Assembly: GCA_963169345.1 (NCBI GenBank)
Contig: CAUJCT010000019.1
Span: 105,366 to 169,365 of the forward strand
Direction of reading: 5' to 3'
Origin: Bacteroidota bacterium
GTDB lineage: Bacteria > Bacteroidota > Bacteroidia > NS11-12g > UBA955
Length of the DNA stretch: 64,000 nucleotides
Of the stretch, positions 21,101-27,973 are shown in pieces (the stretch's first letter is position 1; the number at the start of each line of letters is the position of its first letter). The notes under the pieces were generated by a model that was given only the letters and a program-made list of their open reading frames with translations, did not search any database and was not told where the DNA came from. The translations under genes were made by a program, and so were the position numbers.

Positions 21101-24100
21101 TCTACACTGGATCCGGATCAAAACCTTTCAGGATTTACAATTTGGTTCGCTTCGGTCAAGGAAAATTTGTTTGACAATTCATCGGACCTGATCCTATCAA
21201 GCTATGACGACATCAGTTACAGCGAAGACTTCTTTGCAACTGAAAACACCTCGAATTGGTACGCGAAAATCAAATTCCGTGATTTGGATGAAAAGTCCAG
21301 GACACGATTTGAGGACACATTGATTGCTTGGGTCAACTCATTCGGAGGTTTTGAACTAAAACGCTCGTATTATGTGCCGGAACTTTCCTTGCATGGGGAT
21401 AATCTTCAGATTTGTGTCGTTGATGGAGGAGATACCTTATGTACATATTGCGATAGTGTGAAGGCCTATGTCAGGGATTACCAATACAGCACATACGCCG
21501 ATTCTCTCAATGTACGATTAGCCATGAGCCCAGTCTACTTGGAGCCGTATCTGAAGTTAAAGACAGGCGTTGATGTGCAAGTGTTTGATGGGCCAGGAAC
21601 TTGCGTCAGTTGTGCAAACAAAAGCTTGTACATATGCGACCAGCCCGAACAAAAGCTTCTTGGTATAGTTGAACTATTAAACCGAATCGCCAAATTAAAA
21701 AAACTCAATTCGACGAATTACGCGTTAAATGCAAGTTTTACCACTTTGTTAAATTCCATCAAGCCTGAAGACATCGTGCTTAATTCACCTTCCTACAGTT
21801 ACAAGCCAAATACCCAGGGAGGTTGGCATGTAATGCTTAAATACAATACCACTTTTTCTGAAGTGTTGTTTTTAAGTATAGATACGAATGATTTTCAGAA
21901 AATATTCAATCCTGGCATCGATACATTCAAACAAATTCGTCCAATTTTGGAAGATGGTGTTGTCAGCGGGTTTAGTATTGAAGGCGTAGACAGCTTGTAC
22001 AACAGTCTGACATTCAATTGCTATATGAATGGACTCAAGGCCTACGCGTGTTGTGAATTGCCTGTAACTATGCTTTGTCCCAGACCTTTCACAAGGGAGT
22101 ATGACCAGTATGAATCACCATGCAAGCAGGAAGAAGTAGTACAGGCAGTAAATGCCGGTACTTTTAAGTATTACGCATATCTGGATTCCATTCGCAACGA
22201 TATCAAGATACGTTACCAGACCTTTTGCCTCACGCATGCCAAGGAAGATATTCGGATAGGTCATAACCAACACAGGTACCACAGTACCTTGTACTATTAC
22301 GACCAAGCTGGAAATCTGAGCAAGACGGTTCCTCCTCAAGGGGTCAATGAACTGGCCTTGTCAGCCCAAAGGTTGGATAGCCTGGAAGTCTATAGATCCA
22401 ACATCAACCGAAACGATAGTTTTGTAAATTCGAATCATACGATGTCGACCCTATACAGATATAACGCGTTGAACCAGTTGATCTGGCAAAAAACGCCTGA
22501 TGGCGGTGAATCAAATTTCTGGTACGACAGACTTGGAAGACTCGTGTTGAGTCAGAACGCGAACCAATTGGCCAGAAGTGGTGTTGCGCAAAAGATATAC
22601 AGTTATACCAAGTTTGATAATTTGGGAAGAATTTTGGAAGTAGGTGAAATTAGTAACAGGACGATCAGCCAGGATTCCCTAATCAGTGATTTGGAATATT
22701 ACGACTTTTGGTTATCAGGGTCACTTGCAAGGATTCAAATAACAAAGACTTTTTATGATTATCCAATAACAGAGTCTATTGACTTGATGTTTGTGGAAGG
22801 CCAGAGAAATTTGAGAGGACGCGTCGCTTCCATCTGTTATTACAACGCTTATGCTAGTGCCGATACTACCGCGTATACCCGGGCTACGCATTACAGTTAT
22901 GATATACACGGGAATGTGGATCATCTCGTGCAAGATTTTCCAGATATGGAATCTTTGGGGCATAGATACAAGCATCTTGCATATACGTACGACGTGATAA
23001 GCGGTAAGGTGCATTCGGTCGCCTATCAAGCTGGGCAAGCGGACCAATGGTTTCACCGCTATCAATACGATTCGGACAACAGGTTGGTGTTGGCCGAGAC
23101 CAGTGCCGATAGCGTGATATGGGATAAGGACGCCGAATACACCTATTACAAGCATGGGCCTATAGCCAGAACTATACTAGGAGAAAAAGCTGTGCAAGGT
23201 GTTGATTACGCCTACACCATTCATGGTTGGATTAAGGGCGTGAACAGCAATATCTTGAATCCAAGTTATGACATTGGCTCAGATGGATATTGCTACTTGA
23301 GAACCTATACGGCTAGAGATGCCTTCGGATACACTATAGGCTATTACAACGATATAGCTGGAAGTGTGTTTGATGGGGATTATAAGAGTATTGGAAGCAC
23401 CGGTTTTGAATCGGGTAAATCAGGCAGCCCTATAGGTACTACTAGTGGAAATTTGTACAACGGAAATATCAGCCACATGGTCAGTTCGGTAAATGTATTA
23501 TTAGCCATGAATGGAGGCAGTCCTTTGGCCACATCCTACCGATACGACCAGTTGAACCGGATAAAACAAGTACAAACCTATAATGGCATAGACCTGGATA
23601 GTAACAAGTGGGATCCAGGGAGCTTCCAAACAGCGTGGAATGAAAAGTTTGATTTTGATGCCAACGGCAACATCACCGGACTACTCAGGTATGGGGCGAG
23701 TACAGTTATGGACAAGCTTACTTATAATTACAAATCTGGCAATAACCAGTTAGTATCCGTGGATGATACAGTGAATGCCACTAGGTATTTAAGTGATGTG
23801 GACAACCAGATGGCTGGCAATTACCGTTACGACCATATTGGTAACTTGACACACGATTCTCTGGAACAGATTGATAGCATCTATTGGAATGTGTATGGGA
23901 AAATTTCGAAGATACAACGGGATGCGAATAGCACGAGGGCGAATCTTGATTTTCACTACGACGCGATGGGGCAACGGGTTCTGAAGATTGTGAAGAAAGG
24001 CGAACTGGAGAAGGACTGGCTGTACACCTGGTACGTACGTGACGCACAAGGTAACATCATTTCAACGTATACAAAAAAGAGTTATTTTGAGAATATTGGG

Positions 24101-26467
24101 GATACATCATTATACAGGCAAATCAATAACAGCCTGATCTCCCAGATGAATACCGACAGTCTGGCCAATTTCCTGAAAGAGAAATTCAAGGGGTCGCAAT
24201 TCGATGCCGCGTTGTCGGATGTAATTAATAATAGGGGCTTTTTAGAAGATTGGTACACGCTGTATGGTGGAGATAGCCTGTTAACTTATGACAGTTCATT
24301 CGCCCAGGATTTTTTCCAGTATTATTGCGATTATTATAATGATAACTCGGATAGGCAGGGGTTCTTTGATAAGCTTTGGGCAATAGGACAAGACAGCCTG
24401 ATTTCCTTGGTAGGTAAAGGCTGTTACAACCTCAACGATCTTATGACCGCTCTGCTCGGATACGACGGGTCTGACGAGATATTGAATGCTCTGGGTGCTA
24501 TCGACATATCAAGGGTGGAGCAAATCTATTACATGAGCGGTGGAATGCCTCCGGCCCCATCCTTGGCTACCATGATTGGTACTATTAGAAGTAATCCTGA
24601 CGCGGTTGTGGCAAATTCCATAACGAACTGGTTCAACATTTATGAGATCGAAAGCGTAATAAGAGGCTTGAGTTCAACATTAAGGGATAATGGATTTGCG
24701 GCTTATGACTTTTGTAACACAATGAGTCACCTGGCTGGTTGTGGATTCACTGACTACTGGTACGGTTATGTCTACGACCATGTGGATGAGGACACCTTTA
24801 AAAATATAATTTATCAGGTTTCCGAATCATCCTATCTGACATCCTTCTTATTGACTAAGGATATAATGGCAGTAAATAAACTCGCAAGTTTGCAAAGCGA
24901 CATCTTGTCAGACGCGTTGAGAGAATTTGATGGCTTGGATATTATGTCGTATTTAGGTTATATTTATAAACGCTTCGGTAAGAACATTTACAATCAAGTC
25001 ATTGAGGATTTAGGAGGCAATATTAAGATAATCAAGGCTTTGACATTAGATGAACAACATATTTACGGCTCCAGTAGACACGGCATCCGCAAGCCAAAGG
25101 CGGTTTTGGCAAGCAAGACGTACGAGTTGGAAGAGATCGGAGAAAACGGGGAATTATCCAGTATAGGATATTCCACAGACAGCACGATTTCTTGGTTGAA
25201 CTACAGATACTTTACCCGGACTTTGACCAAGAAACAATACGAGTTAAGCAACCACTTAGGAAATGTTTTGGCTACAATCTTGGATAGGAAGACGCCTGTA
25301 ATAGAAGAAGAAGGAGGCGATACGTTATTGTATTATATTGCTGATGTTAGTACCGCTCAATATTATTATGCCTTCGGGAGCGTAATTCAGGAGATGAAGT
25401 ACGCCCACGTGGAGGAGGGTGATACGGCTGGCTACATTTTTGGGTTTAATGGGAAAGAATATGATATTGAAACCAAATTACAAGATTATGGATTTAGAAT
25501 ATACAATAACGGAATTGGAAAGTTTCTTAGTGTAGACCCATTGACTGATGATTATCCATTTTATTCTCCTTATCATTTCGCAGGTAATACCCCAGTTTAT
25601 GCTATAGATATGGACGGGTTAGAGCCAATCCCTCCTAGAGTAATGTATGATCCGATTGGCGCGTTTTGTGATTGGATTTGGGGTGAAACTCCTGAAGAAA
25701 GAAAGAAGTCAATGGATTACATTAATTCGACTATGGGAATAGGGCCAGATCCTGAAGGAATTACTTATTCGAATTCAGAATTAACTTTTTGGGCTGGAGT
25801 TTCAATTTCAGCAAATTCATTAAATGATTATAATAATCTAACTTACAATCCGTTTGGTGCATCATCTAGATTTTCTGGTAGTACAGCCAAAACAAAACCT
25901 ACACCAACAAATTCTTCCAATTCTACTAAAAAGCCTTATTATAGCTCAAGTTCAAGCACAACCAAAACTAAATATGGTACAAGTACTTCAACTAAACCAG
26001 TACTTAAATATACTTCTACATATAGTAGCAAAGTAAATTCAAATATTGCATTTTCATATGGAATTAAATCCGCGTGGGCTTTAGACAAATCTGGGATGTA
26101 TACTCAAAGAGGTAGAAATTTGCAATCTCTAAATTCAAAATACATATACAAGCCTGCTGGATATAGGGATTTAGATGAATTTCATAATATCAATAATTTT
26201 GTACTTTTTGATTTTTATCATTTTGGAACTCAACATGCAGTTAGTTTTAAATCATGGGGAGGTAATACTTGGAATAAGTCGCTTTGGATTGGATATATTG
26301 ATAAAATCTCAAAAACAATTGGGACTACTCATAAAGGATATTTTATTCAATCAGCATCACTTGATGTTGTTGTACCTAATGATGCTGCCAAGCAAAAATT
26401 AGAATCTGAATTAGATGCATATGCAAAGAAAAATAATGTAAAATTAAATATTACAGTTCAAAATTAA
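15131..26467 (+). CDS. giant (3,778 aa) RHS/YD-repeat polymorphic toxin (TcC/Rhs-like) with ~2,370-aa Cys-rich N-terminal extension, RHS core and variable C-terminal toxin tip
   Basis: Many YD repeats (YYYDQAGNL, YRYNALNQL, WYDRLGRLV, YTYDVISGKV, YQYDSDNRLV, YRYDQLNRI, YRYDHIGNL, FHYDAMGQRV). RHS core signature (GKFLSVDPLTDDYPFYSPYHFAGNTPVYAIDMDGL) parallels Rhs GRFISQDP…YxYxxNNPVxxVDPLGL. Confidence 0.85.
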   Translation: MKSITNKYLRNLSKLKWFANLGPTNQILYRYLSLLSLLISSFIPISSNAQFMPEKFSSICSGEKLKTIITSSSLPLKIDSVMDDKLTMIESGGAWRSDFKHRSITNRITICVKDTNRAMQKFDYLFNLSIDTINSLNQKGSFNVVMRVSYDPASHKAYMDKSVFQFMGCHKFSIKLNGITDSALLNPSSFDAASMQTNFYIESEIIIERYYLDAYSTPIESLNHSFVGKDRLMFYWTPPSSSAPNMYELEWTYIDTAGMDPDSIRYDFNSNSSRVLLSQTSFEINTIYDAGVILYRVRRVRPDSVYFKYNKYSDWFPIGLSDKGFVSAYSSNKVFVASHEQMGKNWDYQIAFAEEGLKKEVVNYFDGSLKRRQGVTLSNSNNFTLVDESIYDYHGREVIKIIPAPTDSGTIKFYKDFNLNVSGQPYSARDFDSTDAMEDRCNGQYKAAPLGTQNGAGRYYSTDNPDKSNENAAIPDAGGYPLVQTQLMPDPTGRVASQGGIGVAHQLGSGHETKYSYGTSTQEELDKMFGSEMGVVSHYKKNSVTDPNGQVSISYIDQHGRVVATSLAGGVPGMVDTVGSYMCEEFVMNKLSKNNVPIDNSLVVRYGFSVFASHVNKIYYNLQSDKFLFGCIGLNHCYTCRYNVDMYLTDDCGNNLLQFNRIIGVHQDTSCGILEFTLVDSIDAILGSVSPNSDSVALTLTPGNYFLYKVLRVNTDSLDFAIDEVLFNDSTCYKTIDEFIEVELSKIDFNECDCDTCGLDSMTYCDSRKTLMLSDFEPLVGQFALNDELDYSDSTSILRYYGEGYFYQYVDANAYKDEYGVKDTIWIDGMPILPTELEPEDFTNYYKETWGEALLPYHPEYCQYRYCMDSLQPSLLFDEDMMAIENYDTAMFYGYLDPLKYKAEYPDIVSDPFFVNSGGTLNWRGNQMKDKLEYMDDFSQSDSNDPLSIGASSSDIWQFSKSIGYCESISDSLERAECFKNRYDDLTINNWMDDEFGRNNYWNKFKTLYFQLKQHYIEEKMNELSFSIACIPKIGTNNCPRSEYYNKVSHFVRYNNKLANVDSTPNKEDLLDSLKTYGSCEANMQHWEEALSLCENFSVHKDSILYYFKKVCQAGGSSQSSLNIIGSSEIPSSLQGNLAYKSFHEVLVHFLGSNYKNEWCNIDLINMPRAYNTNYLNEGGSEVTECLCDNLKQEIKLFKGCHSKFDSTELSIEGHLVNDFINTMVDDNLFNITDTASRTLSAYAGMADLVNRLFVPIMGGVPGNYKIKMHKDAVYGNEKSYFIYRTIPSEGCKFSFRLNPNVSNFTNIDTTKSFKMTVRSDGSINYRFYKFGGATVDVFVYNTCFNSLGKCSENLSYAEISDFTVFLNDKFNSNMTDIEVEQLVAQCGNAGLPSIVLDKKNTYYLRYGSCPEHYRNYKEAKDIYLLSFLNEMMRPNEYWRNTMTGFELGDQSKRYLNTYEPNFHCNSGKADFLVQTKDYHLYKEFVGTIHDNYWWVNAKYVVDSSLTVLGCTSSCVKVYDTIFLNNYNNDPYFVGGFWIGARCDLYKDSTCFVSFGDPFKQLGLAGRPSISQIDSLTNYRWDGSVGNYVVTAFNRSSGDSIVLTMMNQCKAQCNPLFKVKDIAVNYKDVFAIPGKGGFARLKDVTARTGFDRGYGWPFLDMLNGLTKADNLSGGAIKDIRKIQKTHLLNNYFDQLIPEAGSYYYSNELTNDSVLVGYLQDNIGASSKCSFGLRKWGSDRSFSFADLDVFKDMTADPVAIEDGMKNERLDMAGYFFAIKGGHLNSPGDTTWYDLRGWSSCWKFFEISALSGNSRVIFNLPEGLSANCGCYACTETKSFYDSLYNEYPNLYPGHPNYAQIVTNYINRKLNTSLSFTEIQTNWDECGVSFRRFTSIPESDYRLSVKNTDCVNHGDSMLYELMDDLGLSFGVTKVKDEDSSVFLLNFSGLLPTEIATIQDSIAKYFSSPYCDAFIHWKHYRSDYDMILYNLDSASTLDPDQNLSGFTIWFASVKENLFDNSSDLILSSYDDISYSEDFFATENTSNWYAKIKFRDLDEKSRTRFEDTLIAWVNSFGGFELKRSYYVPELSLHGDNLQICVVDGGDTLCTYCDSVKAYVRDYQYSTYADSLNVRLAMSPVYLEPYLKLKTGVDVQVFDGPGTCVSCANKSLYICDQPEQKLLGIVELLNRIAKLKKLNSTNYALNASFTTLLNSIKPEDIVLNSPSYSYKPNTQGGWHVMLKYNTTFSEVLFLSIDTNDFQKIFNPGIDTFKQIRPILEDGVVSGFSIEGVDSLYNSLTFNCYMNGLKAYACCELPVTMLCPRPFTREYDQYESPCKQEEVVQAVNAGTFKYYAYLDSIRNDIKIRYQTFCLTHAKEDIRIGHNQHRYHSTLYYYDQAGNLSKTVPPQGVNELALSAQRLDSLEVYRSNINRNDSFVNSNHTMSTLYRYNALNQLIWQKTPDGGESNFWYDRLGRLVLSQNANQLARSGVAQKIYSYTKFDNLGRILEVGEISNRTISQDSLISDLEYYDFWLSGSLARIQITKTFYDYPITESIDLMFVEGQRNLRGRVASICYYNAYASADTTAYTRATHYSYDIHGNVDHLVQDFPDMESLGHRYKHLAYTYDVISGKVHSVAYQAGQADQWFHRYQYDSDNRLVLAETSADSVIWDKDAEYTYYKHGPIARTILGEKAVQGVDYAYTIHGWIKGVNSNILNPSYDIGSDGYCYLRTYTARDAFGYTIGYYNDIAGSVFDGDYKSIGSTGFESGKSGSPIGTTSGNLYNGNISHMVSSVNVLLAMNGGSPLATSYRYDQLNRIKQVQTYNGIDLDSNKWDPGSFQTAWNEKFDFDANGNITGLLRYGASTVMDKLTYNYKSGNNQLVSVDDTVNATRYLSDVDNQMAGNYRYDHIGNLTHDSLEQIDSIYWNVYGKISKIQRDANSTRANLDFHYDAMGQRVLKIVKKGELEKDWLYTWYVRDAQGNIISTYTKKSYFENIGDTSLYRQINNSLISQMNTDSLANFLKEKFKGSQFDAALSDVINNRGFLEDWYTLYGGDSLLTYDSSFAQDFFQYYCDYYNDNSDRQGFFDKLWAIGQDSLISLVGKGCYNLNDLMTALLGYDGSDEILNALGAIDISRVEQIYYMSGGMPPAPSLATMIGTIRSNPDAVVANSITNWFNIYEIESVIRGLSSTLRDNGFAAYDFCNTMSHLAGCGFTDYWYGYVYDHVDEDTFKNIIYQVSESSYLTSFLLTKDIMAVNKLASLQSDILSDALREFDGLDIMSYLGYIYKRFGKNIYNQVIEDLGGNIKIIKALTLDEQHIYGSSRHGIRKPKAVLASKTYELEEIGENGELSSIGYSTDSTISWLNYRYFTRTLTKKQYELSNHLGNVLATILDRKTPVIEEEGGDTLLYYIADVSTAQYYYAFGSVIQEMKYAHVEEGDTAGYIFGFNGKEYDIETKLQDYGFRIYNNGIGKFLSVDPLTDDYPFYSPYHFAGNTPVYAIDMDGLEPIPPRVMYDPIGAFCDWIWGETPEERKKSMDYINSTMGIGPDPEGITYSNSELTFWAGVSISANSLNDYNNLTYNPFGASSRFSGSTAKTKPTPTNSSNSTKKPYYSSSSSTTKTKYGTSTSTKPVLKYTSTYSSKVNSNIAFSYGIKSAWALDKSGMYTQRGRNLQSLNSKYIYKPAGYRDLDEFHNINNFVLFDFYHFGTQHAVSFKSWGGNTWNKSLWIGYIDKISKTIGTTHKGYFIQSASLDVVVPNDAAKQKLESELDAYAKKNNVKLNITVQN
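25622..26464 (+). other. C-terminal variable toxin tip (~281 aa) of the RHS protein downstream of the DMDGL core boundary
   Basis: Sequence after DMDGL(EP) has a Ser/Thr/Lys-rich linker then a ~150-aa domain I cannot assign. Local AT content rises sharply relative to the RHS repeat region. Confidence 0.6.
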
Positions 26468-26473
26468 ATATAT

Positions 26474-27307
26474 TTGAAAAATTTATCATTTTCAAAACGC
26501 AAAATAAATAACCAAATGACTATACTTGAAGCATTAGAAAAATGTGATAAGAAGCTTGAGTTTCATTTTTCATTTGATCTCAAAACAAATTATAATGAGT
26601 TAGTTTTATATATTTTATACACTAACCCGTTAAAATTAAGAATGGATTTGATGTCAATTTCTGGATATGTAGAAGATGCGCCAATAATAGAATCTGAACT
26701 TAAAGGCTATTTATATGAAACAGAAGAAAGATCATATCAGTTTTATGACAAAGAAAAACAAGTTGAATATATGATTATGAGAAATTATCATAAAGCAGGT
26801 GGTTCTTATCAACTTTATGTAACAATAAATACTACAAAATTTGAATATACCCCGAGTTTTGAGTGGATATCGGATCTTTATTCTAAATTTCCTTTCATAA
26901 TTGGTTATGTATATGACCAATTGTTTGTAGATTTTCAATCTTCTACTCAGCCTATCATAATGAGAGTAAATCATATTGACCCTGGAGAATACAGCCATTT
27001 GGTTTCTATAAATGCTATAGGTCATGAATCTTTAGATGTTTCTAGGAATTATGGGCGAAAATGCCTTGTAGGTTCACTTTGGCTAATGGCTTCCTGGCAA
27101 ATGTTTATTACTAGTCGTTTTGAAGAAAAGCTTGGATCAAAATTTATCTCCCCCCAAAATGTTAAGGTTTTATATAATAATGAATTTAGAGTTATTCAAC
27201 TTTATGATAATCCCTTTGAAAGTCATTTAAAAGAGAATTTAGATAAATTAAAAGCAATTCGAGATTTAAATCATTTTGATGAAATTGAATACAGAGACAA
27301 TAAATAA
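26474..27307 (+). CDS. putative cognate immunity protein of the RHS toxin tip
   Basis: 277-aa ORF starting 7 nt after the toxin stop and sharing its AT-rich composition. Assigned by the polymorphic toxin/immunity positional rule only. Confidence 0.5.
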   Translation: MKNLSFSKRKINNQMTILEALEKCDKKLEFHFSFDLKTNYNELVLYILYTNPLKLRMDLMSISGYVEDAPIIESELKGYLYETEERSYQFYDKEKQVEYMIMRNYHKAGGSYQLYVTINTTKFEYTPSFEWISDLYSKFPFIIGYVYDQLFVDFQSSTQPIIMRVNHIDPGEYSHLVSINAIGHESLDVSRNYGRKCLVGSLWLMASWQMFITSRFEEKLGSKFISPQNVKVLYNNEFRVIQLYDNPFESHLKENLDKLKAIRDLNHFDEIEYRDNK

Positions 27308-27869
27308 AACCAAACTAAACAAACGATTATTTTGGATTAAATTTCTTTCCTTAATTTACATTACTTTTTCGATTTGTCTGATTTTAGGATTGGAATTAAG
27401 GTTGTCTGAATTTATCCAAGGATTATTGTTTATTCTTGTTTTTAACCTAATTATAAAATCAGTACAATTAAGAAGGTTGATTGAATATCTTTTTTATACA
27501 TACATTGTTTACAATATTACTGAATATATAATTTTAAGATTTTATTTTAAACTGCAACTATTATATATTCTTGAGTTCATTAAATGGTTTCTTTTATCTA
27601 TTCTTGGATTATCTCTTTTTAAAACATCTTTTAAGATTTATGGAATTTCAATATTGCTAAGTTCTATACTACTAGTTGTTGCTCCAATTGTATATGCAAA
27701 TTTAGTTAAAATTGGTTTTGTAGAAATTAATCTAATGTCAAAAAGAATTATTTTTATTTTTCTCGAAGTTGTAATGTTGATTCCTTTTTGCATTTTGATC
27801 TTTCTCTCAAGTTCGCAAAAAAAAGTTGTAAAGTATATTTTAGATGATAATATAAATTTAGATGGTTGA
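27276..27869 (+). CDS. polytopic membrane protein (possible second immunity or accessory protein, could be spurious in AT-rich DNA)
   Basis: 197 aa with ~5 hydrophobic segments. It overlaps the putative immunity gene by 32 nt. Confidence 0.35.
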   Translation: MMKLNTETINKTKLNKRLFWIKFLSLIYITFSICLILGLELRLSEFIQGLLFILVFNLIIKSVQLRRLIEYLFYTYIVYNITEYIILRFYFKLQLLYILEFIKWFLLSILGLSLFKTSFKIYGISILLSSILLVVAPIVYANLVKIGFVEINLMSKRIIFIFLEVVMLIPFCILIFLSSSQKKVVKYILDDNINLDG

Positions 27870-27973
27870 CTGAAATAGAATAATTATTTGAATGAATTCT
27901 AAATATATATAAGCAATAGTTCTTGTATTTTAATTTTCAATTCCTAACTTTTAACATAGCAAACTAAAACTTC

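Noticed and set aside
7208-24049. Numerous 60-140-aa antisense or alternate-frame ORFs inside the giant genes (for example 7208-7618, 16380-16772, 22721-23155, 23781-24049)
   Set aside because: They are fully embedded in far longer, motif-supported ORFs on the other strand or frame, and are expected by chance in such long genes.
7115-27869. T6SS-delivered Rhs effector
   Set aside because: No PAAR, VgrG, Hcp or other T6SS genes are in the window, the RHS protein has a signal-like N-terminus, and its partner carries an SpvB domain. This fits a Tc-like/secreted RHS system rather than a T6SS cargo.
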